Origin: a virus
IMG/VR virus record: IMGVR_UViG_3300044946_000220
Span: 38,035 to 102,034 of that record
Strand: one strand, 5' to 3'
DNA length: 64,000 nucleotides
The notes under the pieces are model-generated. The model was not told where the DNA came from. It saw only the letters and a program-made list of their open reading frames with translations, and did no database searches. Made by a program: the position numbers and the translations under genes. Positions 1-8,218 of the stretch are shown in pieces. Within the stretch, counting starts at the first letter, position 1. Each line of letters begins with the position of its first letter.

Positions 1-122
1 CAGAGGGTCCGATCGCCAATGCGCGCGCCGTACTTGTGCGCCGCGTCATGTTTCGGCATCGCGCCACCGAGAACTAGGCCGAACACCAGAAACCCCGTCG
101 TCTTGTCTGCTGCGTTGCTCAT
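1..122 (-). CDS. hypothetical protein, runs off the window edge (MSNAADKTTGFLVFGLVLGG...)
   Basis: Hand-translated open frame from ATG at 122, directly behind a promoter-like element. Confidence 0.5.
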   Translation of the reverse strand, partial: MSNAADKTTGFLVFGLVLGGAMPKHDAAHKYGARIGDRTL

Positions 123-129
123 GTCCAGC

Positions 130-157
130 AAGATAGCAACGCCACGAAGTCTGTCAA
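130..157 (-). promoter_or_regulatory. sigma70-type promoter, probably leaderless transcript
   Basis: TTGACA-N16-TATCTT with TGn extension; ATG lies 7 nt after the -10. Confidence 0.55.
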
Positions 158-226
158 CCGGTGCCAAGAAAGAAAGTGCAGGCCTGAGCAAAAAGGGCGG
201 GTTGACCTGGCGGTCAAGGGCCCGGG

Positions 227-400
227 TTAGGCGGGGTCAAACGGATGCTGAATCAACCGATCGGGCAAGCGCTCCGGATGGTTGAGGCGCACGCGATGCT
301 TGCTCGGTAGCTCGCGCTTTGAATTCCACCAAGCCCAGCCCCATTCAGGCTCGTTTATGATGATGTCGAAGATCGTAGGGTAGCGGGCCAGTGTAGGCAT
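227..400 (-). CDS. small hypothetical protein (MPTLARYPTIFDII...)
   Basis: 3' part of ORF 227..598; GGAGG upstream of ATG at 400. Confidence 0.5.
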   Translation of the reverse strand: MPTLARYPTIFDIIINEPEWGWAWWNSKRELPSKHRVRLNHPERLPDRLIQHPFDPA

Positions 401-1118
401 GTGGGCTAGGGTACCTCCTGCAGGCGGTAGTGGTGCTTGCACAAGCGCGAGCCAGTTGGGTGGGCCCAATGCGCCGTACGGTGGCAAAAGTCGCACGTCA
501 GTCGGACGATGCGATACCAGCCCACGGGAGGCGTGCACGGCGGTTCGGTAGAGATAGGCATGGTGCCCCAATGTAACGCGTAGCGTTGTGTGCGTCAATT
601 GTGGGGAGGGGGAAACCTTAAGGAAGGGGGTGGGGCGTAAGTGTGTAGGTTGGTAGTCGGTTGCGTTAGTGTCAGAGTGTTACGGTTTCTGTAACGTTCT
701 GCAGTCGCTGCAACCGATGGGAGTGCGTCAGTGTGGGTGTAGTTGCTGGGGTTGCGCTGTTCACGTGGGGTGTGTAGAAGGCGATTGTGGCGCAGTGCTT
801 TGGTGTAGGTTTGAGTGAGTCTGTTGTCTAGAAAGCGGGTGTTGCACGTTGTGCGCAACAGTGGGGTTTTAGGCAACAGTGCGGGTGTGGGTGTTTGGAG
901 CTTTTGGTTTGAGGGCGGTTGACGGTGGGCGCGGCCCCTAGCGGGTGTCTCAAACCCCGGACACTGAGCGTTCTGAAGTTTCAAAAGAAAGTGAAACATG
1001 CTTATTTGTACGCTCCGTTCGTCTCGAGCTATGCTCCGGCCGCGTACTTGGTGCACACTCGAGCGCCGGCGTCAAGCGCTAGTTGTTTCTAGCTTACGAC
1101 AAGGCCCGTTGTCGAAGG

Positions 1119-1439
1119 TCAGGGCACGTTTGACGCCTCACAAGCGATGCAAAGCGGCGAGTCAGTCCAAACCCGAGTACTGCAACGTATGCAGCGGTCG
1201 ATGGCGCACACCTCCGCCCTGACCGCCAGCTCGTCTTGCGGAAGCGCATAGCCCATGTCTTGGGCGTTCTGGAGTCGTCCCGTGCCGCGCCCCTGCTCCC
1301 ATCCCTCGCGGTGTATGCGGTCAAAGGCCCTTGCGAGGGCAGCCAAGGCGTGCGGCCTATCCTCGGCCACCATGTACACGTACCGATGCAGAAACGCCTT
1401 AGCGCGCCGTGTAGCGCCGGGAGAGGGTTGCTTGGCCAT
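1119..1439 (-). CDS. hypothetical protein with C-terminal CxxC...CxxC zinc finger
   Basis: CIRC...CIAC; protein-like composition. Confidence 0.6.
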   Translation of the reverse strand: MAKQPSPGATRRAKAFLHRYVYMVAEDRPHALAALARAFDRIHREGWEQGRGTGRLQNAQDMGYALPQDELAVRAEVCAIDRCIRCSTRVWTDSPLCIACEASNVP

Positions 1440-1484
1440 ACCCGCCCGTTCGATTGAGGCGGGGCGATCGAAGGCTGGGGCAGG

Positions 1485-1658
1485 ATGCTAGTTGACGTTC
1501 TCTTCGACGGTCCGCCCAGCGCCGAGGGCCCGCGGTTCGTCGAGGTCGAGTCGCCGCCAGGCCGCTCCATCCGAGCTGGCCAATGGGTCGACAGGGGCGG
1601 AGGGTACTGGGCGCTACGGCGGACGTGGCAGACTGTAAGCACGCCGCGTACAACGTAG
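1485..1658 (+). CDS. small phage hypothetical protein (57 aa, MLVDVLFDGPPSAEGPRFVEVE...GQWVDRGGGYWALR)
   Basis: Hand-translated, below ORF-track cutoff; resembles a small phage protein type I recall (FDGPP..RFVEVE). Confidence 0.6.
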   Translation: MLVDVLFDGPPSAEGPRFVEVESPPGRSIRAGQWVDRGGGYWALRRTWQTVSTPRTT

Positions 1659-1719
1659 CGGACCTTCCGCCCACGTGCGCGCAATGTGGTGCGACATTGT
1701 ACGCGACGGTAGTCAAAAC

Positions 1720-2133
1720 CTAGGCAGGCAAGGCGCGAGCCGACAACCGCGGGCGAGACTCAGGGACGGGAATGCCGATTCCGGCGCCGTGGCGGGGTCG
1801 CCAGGCGACTTTCGAGCTCCGGACGTACTCGCGGTCGTTTTCGGAAAACGGACGCGTCCTAGGGCCTACTGGTACGGCAGAGCTTGTCCAGCCCTCAAAG
1901 TAGCACCATGTAAACGGGTGTGCGTTCTCGTAGGCTGCCTTCCAAACGGCGGTCAACGTACTGTAGTCGGCCGTCCCTGTAGCTCGCCGAAACTGCACCT
2001 CGCCTTCCGCTAGGTCAAGCCGTGCGCACGCGTCTAGCCCATCGTCTATGGCTTCGGCTAGACACTCGTCGCACGTGCCATCCGCTACGATAGCCTCGCT
2101 ACACCGGTCGCAACGGTGCGCGCGCGCTACCAT
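1720..2133 (-). CDS. hypothetical protein with N-terminal zinc finger
   Basis: CDRC...CDEC; part of an overlapping leftward gene run. Confidence 0.55.
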   Translation of the reverse strand: MVARAHRCDRCSEAIVADGTCDECLAEAIDDGLDACARLDLAEGEVQFRRATGTADYSTLTAVWKAAYENAHPFTWCYFEGWTSSAVPVGPRTRPFSENDREYVRSSKVAWRPRHGAGIGIPVPESRPRLSARALPA

Positions 2134-2423
2134 GCCGCACCGTCAAGATACCGCCGCCATCGTGCACAATCGCCCTGCAATGCATCCGCCGACGGACAGC
2201 TACACTTGGCCAGGTGAGGCAACACGCTATCCGCACGGGACGGCAGAGGCCTGCCATTGGCCAACCTAAACGCATCGGCGCCGTGACGAACGATTCGCAC
2301 GACGCTTACCGCCCGACCGTGTCCCACACCGCCGCGCCGCATGGCCGTAGCCTCGTCATCGGCAAGTGTGTTGCAGATAAAGCCGCCAGACTCCACGTCA
2401 AACACGGCGTAAGCGCCTACCAT
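2127..2423 (-). CDS. hypothetical protein
   Basis: Overlaps both neighbours in the leftward run; start chosen at MVGAY. Confidence 0.5.
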   Translation of the reverse strand: MVGAYAVFDVESGGFICNTLADDEATAMRRGGVGHGRAVSVVRIVRHGADAFRLANGRPLPSRADSVLPHLAKCSCPSADALQGDCARWRRYLDGAAW

Positions 2424-2722
2424 GACGGGCCCGAGTAGTGGCGCGTCCCGACCGGAAACCCGCCAGGGTACGTGCTGCTGAAGTGGCACATGTTCGCGCT
2501 CAGCATTGGGTGCAGATCGTTGTCCAGCAACCGCATCGCATACTCCCGCGAGAGAACACCAGCGCTTACCAGCTGGCCTAGCTGCTCTAGCTTATGCGTC
2601 GGTTCGGGCGCATGTTCCGTCCCGCAGTAGCTGCACCGTTCCAGGCTGGCCACCGTCCCACTAGGCGCATGGCCACGGGGAGCGCCGCACCATCGGCAGG
2701 TGACGCGATCGTGCTGCCTCAC
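2417..2722 (-). CDS. zinc-ribbon protein
   Basis: CRWCGAP...CSYCGT. Confidence 0.6.
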   Translation of the reverse strand: MRQHDRVTCRWCGAPRGHAPSGTVASLERCSYCGTEHAPEPTHKLEQLGQLVSAGVLSREYAMRLLDNDLHPMLSANMCHFSSTYPGGFPVGTRHYSGPSW

Positions 2723-2889
2723 CAGCAGGGCCCCGGCCGATGCTCACGACGGCAATACTCGCAAAAACGCTCCGGCTTCTCTAGGGCCCACATTATCAGC
2801 GGGATGGACCACCATAGCGGCCAAGTCACCAAAAACCCTAGTACGGCTAGTTGCACGTACCACGGTCCAGCAGTCAGCGGTTTGCTCAT
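2719..2889 (-). CDS. small membrane protein
   Basis: MSKPLTAGPWYVQLAVLGFLVTWPLWWSIPLIMW hydrophobic stretch; 4-nt overlaps on both sides. Confidence 0.6.
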   Translation of the reverse strand: MSKPLTAGPWYVQLAVLGFLVTWPLWWSIPLIMWALEKPERFCEYCRREHRPGPCW

Positions 2890-3161
2890 TCCGGTTCGCC
2901 TCCCCTGGCATTGTCTAGGGCCGACATGACGGCGCCCCAATCGTACAGGCCGCCATACTGAAGGCAGCGCCTTAGCGCCCTGTACAGCTCGGGCGCCGCT
3001 GCAGCCAGCGTGATTGCCGCAGGCGCGCCGCACAGGTCGTGATTGCCTTCCGACGTCGGCTCGCCATACAGCACCAGTTGGCCGGCCTCGTTCTCTACAC
3101 GCACCGAGCCGTAGTCGTCCCGCGCGATCCACGTCTCCTCCCACGGCCTGCGCCCGCTCAC
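2886..3161 (-). CDS. phage hypothetical protein
   Basis: LAAAAPELYRAL motif typical of small phage proteins; coupled stop/start. Confidence 0.7.
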   Translation of the reverse strand: MSGRRPWEETWIARDDYGSVRVENEAGQLVLYGEPTSEGNHDLCGAPAAITLAAAAPELYRALRRCLQYGGLYDWGAVMSALDNARGGEPE

Positions 3162-3406
3162 GACCTACCCCGACACACCGCCACGTCATGGCACGACCCA
3201 TTAGGCAGGCCTGGCCAGCCGGTGCCAGACTGCGGCATGCGGACAGAAAGGTCCCCATTCCCGAGCCAGAGCGTCAACCCGCAGGCCTCTAGCTCTGCTT
3301 CCAGCGCATCGTAGCGCGGCCGACACATGGTAACCTCATGAATCGTAAGCCCTTCGTCACGAAGCCTGCACACGGTTGACGCCAGCCGTTCGCGCTCGCT
3401 CACCAT
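3158..3406 (-). CDS. hypothetical protein
   Basis: Coupled ORF in leftward run. Confidence 0.55.
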   Translation of the reverse strand: MVSERERLASTVCRLRDEGLTIHEVTMCRPRYDALEAELEACGLTLWLGNGDLSVRMPQSGTGWPGLPNGSCHDVAVCRGRS

Positions 3407-3678
3407 CGCATCACCGGCCCGCTAAGGTGGCTTCCGTGTCCTCCAAACGTCACCTGAACCGGCGAGGTATTGGCCGACGGATCGTGTGCCGCGTCAAGCT
3501 TGGCCTGCTCTGACTTCCCGCCCATGCTGGGATCAATCTCGTGCAGGAACACCATGGCCAGGTGGCGCTGCAGGCACTCCACCTGCTCGCGCGTCATGCC
3601 CTTGGCATTGCCCTCGTTACCGGCCTGAAACAGCTCTAGGTAGCCCTGTAGCCACCAGCAAAAGCCTTGGGAGGTCAC
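3400..3678 (-). CDS. conserved phage hypothetical protein
   Basis: FCWWLQGYLEL...EQVECLQRHLAMVFLHEID resembles a widespread phage family; GTG start overlaps previous stop. Confidence 0.75.
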   Translation of the reverse strand: MTSQGFCWWLQGYLELFQAGNEGNAKGMTREQVECLQRHLAMVFLHEIDPSMGGKSEQAKLDAAHDPSANTSPVQVTFGGHGSHLSGPVMRW

Positions 3679-3890
3679 CGCCCCCACCGCGGCTTGCTGT
3701 CCGTCATGGCCGCAAGCAGCGCCACGCCGATGAGCAGACCGACGATGCCCAGTCCAATCCAGGCAGGCGCTAGGACCCAAACCCAAGACCAATCAATGAC
3801 ATGGCCAAGCTTTAGGCCGACGAATAGGAGCAGCAGACCGCTGCTCAGGCCGATACCGCCAGAGCCGGACGACGAGCTAGAGTCGCTCAT
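3675..3890 (-). CDS. conserved small phage membrane protein
   Basis: SSSSGGIG...LKLGHVIDWSWVWVLAP motif, two hydrophobic segments. Confidence 0.85.
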   Translation of the reverse strand: MSDSSSSSGSGGIGLSSGLLLLFVGLKLGHVIDWSWVWVLAPAWIGLGIVGLLIGVALLAAMTDSKPRWGR

Positions 3891-4072
3891 GGCCGCTCCA
3901 TGCGCGCTCGACAGTATGCGTAGATGTCCTCTTCCGCCTCAACAGACCGCATAAGCTTGTCGCCAAGTGCGCTATCATGCTTGCCAATGTCGGCCGCCCA
4001 TTCGGCCCGCTCTTTCGGGCAGTAGCCCAGCCCCATGCTTTTCACGAACCCTCGAAACTCTTCTTTCGTCAT
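3887..4072 (-). CDS. hypothetical protein, first gene of leftward run
   Basis: ORF with 4-nt overlap to next gene, downstream of promoter. Confidence 0.6.
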   Translation of the reverse strand: MTKEEFRGFVKSMGLGYCPKERAEWAADIGKHDSALGDKLMRSVEAEEDIYAYCRARMERP

Positions 4073-4106
4073 ACCCTGCCCTTCGATTGGCCCACCTTGC
4101 GCGGGA

Positions 4107-4135
4107 ACCTTGGCATGCTAGCGCTGTCCTGTCAA
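4107..4135 (-). promoter_or_regulatory. sigma70-type promoter for leftward operon
   Basis: TTGACA-N17-CAAGGT with TGn, at the divergence point between leftward and rightward genes. Confidence 0.4.
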
Positions 4136-4152
4136 CCGATGGAGGTAGGACG

Positions 4153-4329
4153 ATGAAGCGAGAGCAGGCGGCAAAGGCAGCGTGGGACAAGGCGGCGATA
4201 ACCGTGGCGCAAGACAAGGAATATGAACGGCTTACGCGGCCGTCCATGGTGCACCCTCGGCCCGCGTGGATGGACGACAGGAGCGCGCTACCGAAGCGAC
4301 CGCCGAGCCGGCCGAGGGCAGACGGGTGA
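4153..4329 (+). CDS. small hypothetical protein
   Basis: GGAGG RBS before ATG 4153. Confidence 0.6.
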   Translation: MKREQAAKAAWDKAAITVAQDKEYERLTRPSMVHPRPAWMDDRSALPKRPPSRPRADG

Positions 4330-4826
4330 CCGCCAGCAACGTTGTGCCGATCCAGCAACCCACATGGGTTCGCATCGCTCTGCCTCGCTACGTCCGTCCG
4401 CACCGCATGATAGGTTGGCTGGGCAAGGCCGGCCTGCGGCTTCTGGCCCTTGTTATCACGCGTGAAAGCGGCGCGTGGACGTACGCCGTGTGCGCTGAGG
4501 GAGTGGACGCCTTGACCCCGCTTGTATCCGAGTGGATCGGGCTTCCGGTTTCGCCAGACGGTTTCGTCCGCCACTCCCATTGGCTCACGCATCGAACCGT
4601 CGCCGCACGTAACGACGACAGGTCGCAGCCTAAGGTATTCACGCGGTGCACACTCGCGTGCGGCTCAACCGACATAGACACACACATGCCGAACGTTGGC
4701 GTGCTGGTCATAGAGCAGGCGACGCGCACGTATAAGCCGTTGACATCTCTAGACGAAGTGGTCAAACAGAGCCCCAACGCAAGGCGGGAGCTTTGCAAGG
4801 CGTGCTTTATCGGCGGCGCGCCGTGA
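4326..4826 (+). CDS. hypothetical protein
   Basis: GTGA overlaps at both ends. Confidence 0.6.
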   Translation: MTASNVVPIQQPTWVRIALPRYVRPHRMIGWLGKAGLRLLALVITRESGAWTYAVCAEGVDALTPLVSEWIGLPVSPDGFVRHSHWLTHRTVAARNDDRSQPKVFTRCTLACGSTDIDTHMPNVGVLVIEQATRTYKPLTSLDEVVKQSPNARRELCKACFIGGAP

Positions 4827-5818
4827 CCTCCGCCCTCGCCCGCCTTCCGCCGAATCAACCGCTTGCAATCGTTGACCTCATCCCACGCGCCGAGGCCTAC
4901 GCGCTGGACAGCAAAGCGTCCAACACGAGGCGAGCCTACCGCGCGGCGTGGCTGCGCTTCTCAGCCTGGTGCGCCTCGGCTGGACTGGACGCCCTGCCTG
5001 CGAATCCAGCCACATTGGCGGTATATTTGGCGGGACTGGCCGAATCCGGCCTGAAGGTAGCGACCATCGAGCTAGCCGTGGCTGCTATCGCACATGCGCA
5101 TCACCGCGCCGACGTCCCTTCGCCCCACAGGTGAGCCCGTGTAACCGAGACCATGGCTGGCATACGCCGGGCCCTCGGGTGCGCGCCAACCGTCAAGGCG
5201 CCGCTCATGGCCAGCTCGTTACGGCTCATGTGCGCTACGCAATCCGGCGCAAAGACTCATGGATCGCACGAATGTAAAAACCTACTGTATGTTCGTGACA
5301 GGGCGCTGCTTTTGCTCGGCTGGGCTGGAGCCTTCCGTCGCAGCGAGCTTGTAGCGCTAGACGTGCGTGACCTGGCGTTCACAGACGAAGGCCTCGAAGT
5401 GACCATACGTAAGAGCAAGACGGACCAGCAGCGCGTTGGGCGGAAGATAGGCATCCCGCTCAGCGCCTCTCCCAGCGTCTGCCCCGTCCAGGCTGTACGC
5501 GCATGGCTTGACCTCGCTGGAATCGCGTCAGGGCCCGTCCTACGCGCAGTAAACAGGCACGGCCAGGTGTCCTCCACGCGCCTGACGGGTCACTCGGTGG
5601 CCCTGATAGTGAAGGCTCACGCCAAACGACTCGGCTTGGACCCTACACTGTATGCCGGGCACTCCCTTCGGGCAGGCTTTGCCACCAGCGCCGCCAAGGC
5701 TGGCAAGAGCGAGGCGTCAATCGCCCTCCAAACGGGACACAAGTCCATGACAATGCTTCGCAAGTACGTTCGCAATGCCAGCCTGTTTGAGAACAATGCC
5801 GGGCGCGGCCTGTTGTGA
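4823..5818 (+). pseudogene. Cre-like tyrosine recombinase/integrase interrupted by one in-frame TGA (5132-5134)
   Basis: N-part NTRRAYRAAW..F..WC (core-binding domain); C-part RDRALLLLG..GAFRRSEL, KSKTDQ, HSLRAG, TGHKS, KYVR; both ORFs share one frame. Confidence 0.85.
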
Positions 5819-6156
5819 CGCAATCCAGCCTCACCGCCGCCCTCATCCGCGAGTGCTCCGCCTGCCCACACGTCGCCGTGGCCTGGGTTTCGCCCTTGTC
5901 TACCGCCTGCACCATCGAAGCTGCCCGCACCCAGCGCTGGCGCACGCACAAGATGTGGCGGACCTTGGAGGTAATCTACGCAGATTCCATGCAATGGCGC
6001 GACTGCTCGGCCGTAGCGGCCAGCATTCGCAAGGCGTTTCCGGCGGTTGACGTAAGCGTGGTGTCCTACTCGTTTCACCCTGGCGGCGGGTGGAAAGACG
6101 TCTACCGCAAAGACGCGGTCAAGGCGCCGGTTGACACCAAGCGGTCGAGGCGCTAG
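5815..6156 (+). CDS. hypothetical protein
   Basis: GTGA-coupled to recombinase. Confidence 0.6.
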   Translation: MTQSSLTAALIRECSACPHVAVAWVSPLSTACTIEAARTQRWRTHKMWRTLEVIYADSMQWRDCSAVAASIRKAFPAVDVSVVSYSFHPGGGWKDVYRKDAVKAPVDTKRSRR

Positions 6157-6162
6157 GCTCAT

Positions 6163-6441
6163 GTGGTGGTACTTGACAAGACAGGGCGTAAGCGCGGGAC
6201 GGCGGCGTGGATGGGTTATACGCCATACGGGTACAAGGTGGGGCTAGTGCCGGATCACGTAGAGATGGAAACCATGGCGCGCGCGCACGAACTGAAAGAA
6301 CAAGGCCTTTCATTGCGAGACATTGCCTCTCAGCTCGCCGTTGAGGGGCGGCTCTCGCGCAAGGGCAAGCCGTTTCTGCCACAGCAGGTGAAGGTCATCC
6401 TTGGCGAAGGCACGCTCATTTCGATAAGGACGAAGAAATGA
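6163..6441 (+). CDS. stand-alone DNA-binding 'recombinase' domain of large serine recombinases, no catalytic domain
   Basis: GYTPYGY...GLSLRDIASQLAVEG..SRKGKPF...QVKVIL. Confidence 0.75.
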   Translation: MVVLDKTGRKRGTAAWMGYTPYGYKVGLVPDHVEMETMARAHELKEQGLSLRDIASQLAVEGRLSRKGKPFLPQQVKVILGEGTLISIRTKK

Positions 6442-6665
6442 ACAACATCATGCGGTTCCCAAACAGCGGCCTAGCCGTTGACCTCGACGACACGTTGGCG
6501 GACCCGCCGCGCCTGACGGAGGCCCAGCTGCGCACGCTGACGGTTTACCTGAAGCGGAGGTACGGCTTTCCGCTGACGCGGTGGGAGCTTGTAACCGAGG
6601 CGTGGGGGCGGTTTGCGGCGCGAGTAAGGCTGGCGTTTCGGAAGGCGTTTACTCGTGGATGGTGA
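6438..6665 (+). CDS. hypothetical protein
   Basis: ATGA-coupled ORF. Confidence 0.6.
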   Translation: MNNIMRFPNSGLAVDLDDTLADPPRLTEAQLRTLTVYLKRRYGFPLTRWELVTEAWGRFAARVRLAFRKAFTRGW

Positions 6666-6891
6666 GGATTTCGCGACGCATTGGGTGTGGGTTACGCCTG
6701 TCGGCTCGTTCGGCGACGCCTTGCTGTGTGAGCCCAGCAGTGGGCGTCTGAACCTTGTCGTCTTCAAAGAGGCTTCTGGCCAGTGGGCTCTATGGGATAA
6801 CGCGAGCCAAAGAACCGTTGCAAGCGGCCCGTTACGGAGCGCAGTCGAGGCGGCCTATAGGCTCCTCAGTGGAGGGTGCAATGTCCAGTGA
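6655..6891 (+). CDS. hypothetical protein
   Basis: Overlapping ORF in operon. Confidence 0.55.
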   Translation: MDGEDFATHWVWVTPVGSFGDALLCEPSSGRLNLVVFKEASGQWALWDNASQRTVASGPLRSAVEAAYRLLSGGCNVQ

Positions 6892-7411
6892 AGACATAGA
6901 CTTCGCCGCGTACAACGGATTCCGCAGGCCCGGCGGTCGCGAGGTCGTGCCAACGCGGGACGTGTTTGGGTACAGGCAGGACCAGCCGGCGTTGGCGCAC
7001 CACCGGCCTGGGCGCAGCTACCTAGAGTACAGGCGAGCGCTTGAGGACGCTCAAGAACTTGAGGACGCTCAAGAAAAGGTGATGCGTCGGGCGGCGGAAG
7101 TCATCAGGGCTGCTGGGCATGAGCACAAGTGGCGTGGTGCCTATGTCTTCAATGGGGATGAAACGTCGTTTTGCGAGTGCGGAGACGTGCGTACACAGCC
7201 GGCTGCTCCCACACCTGTGACGGAAGATTCGATAGGCGATACGTGTGAAATCAATGGGCGATTGTGGGGATGGAGTCCAGGTCATGTATGCGACTGGGTG
7301 CCGCTAGCTGGTTCCGATGGCGTGGATGAGTGCAGAGGGTGCGAGTGCACTAGATTCAAGGCCGAACTTGTGTGCACGGCGCCGAGCTATGTGGGCAAGA
7401 TTACGTGGTAG
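6881..7411 (+). CDS. hypothetical Cys/His-rich protein
   Basis: GGAGG RBS before ATG 6881; HEHKW...CECG and HVCDW...CRGC. Confidence 0.6.
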   Translation: MSSEDIDFAAYNGFRRPGGREVVPTRDVFGYRQDQPALAHHRPGRSYLEYRRALEDAQELEDAQEKVMRRAAEVIRAAGHEHKWRGAYVFNGDETSFCECGDVRTQPAAPTPVTEDSIGDTCEINGRLWGWSPGHVCDWVPLAGSDGVDECRGCECTRFKAELVCTAPSYVGKITW

Positions 7412-7498
7412 TGTCAAAAATCGCGGGACAGCGCTGCAATGCAGCGCTTCGTTTCCTTGGTGAAGCTGCTGGGTTGAGTCAATCGAACGCCATGATGA

Positions 7499-8218
7499 AT
7501 GGCGAAAAAGAAGGATGACGGCAGCATTGTCGGCGGGTTTATCCGCGAAGGACACGGGAGCGATCGCGGGAAGCCGCACATCGAGGTGGTGGCGGACGAG
7601 CTTCCATGGCCTGTACCGGCCCAGGTGGCGGCTCCAGCCCGTCCGATCGAGCGGCTGCCAGATGGCAAGCTAGCCAGTAGCGAGGCCGCCAAGGAACTCG
7701 GTAGGCTGGGCGGCGAGGCCAAGGCCCGCAGGGTGCGCATGGTGGACGCCCTTGGGCTGTCTAAGCTCGCCGAGAGCGCCGCATTCCTACCTTATCGCAC
7801 AGCGGCCGAGGAGTTCTCAAGGCACCATCTGGAAGAGTTGGCCGAGATGTCCGGTGGTGTGGTTGGGGCTGGGCCAAGCTCCATGGTTGCCAGCGCGGCG
7901 ATCCAATTGGGAGCCTCGCGCTTCCTCTTCGACAAGGGCAGCGAGGACGGCGACCCAGACCTGTTCGCTAGTGCCTCGCGCCTGGCCGACTCGTCTAGGC
8001 AGAATCTGCTGGCCGCGTATGCCCTCGCCGTACGTGCCGCCGAGTTGCGAAACAAGAGCAAGTCGAAGACGGTTGACTTCGACGCCCTCACCCGTCAAGC
8101 GGTGGCTGAAACTGAGGCTCGCCGGGAGTCTGAAAAGAAGGCGCGCCAGAAGGCGATAGACGCTGCCGATTCGGAAGACGAGTCTACGCGCCTTCGCGTA
8201 AGCGCAGGTGCGACATGA
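7499..8218 (+). CDS. putative terminase small subunit
   Basis: Helical protein coupled (ATGA) to the large terminase; assignment mainly positional. Confidence 0.55.
   Translation: MAKKKDDGSIVGGFIREGHGSDRGKPHIEVVADELPWPVPAQVAAPARPIERLPDGKLASSEAAKELGRLGGEAKARRVRMVDALGLSKLAESAAFLPYRTAAEEFSRHHLEELAEMSGGVVGAGPSSMVASAAIQLGASRFLFDKGSEDGDPDLFASASRLADSSRQNLLAAYALAVRAAELRNKSKSKTVDFDALTRQAVAETEARRESEKKARQKAIDAADSEDESTRLRVSAGAT

Noticed and set aside
595-1056. 153-aa minus-strand ORF
   Set aside because: Thr/Pro/His/Asn bias simply mirrors the G/T skew
5132-5134. Genome-wide TGA recoding
   Set aside because: Many genes end at TGA with ATGA/GTGA coupling, and long genes have no internal TGA
7040-7075. 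Tandem 18-bp repeat containing the palindrome CTTGAG-N4-CTCAAG, as an operator
   Set aside because: In-frame LEDAQE duplication inside a CDS; no other copies noticed
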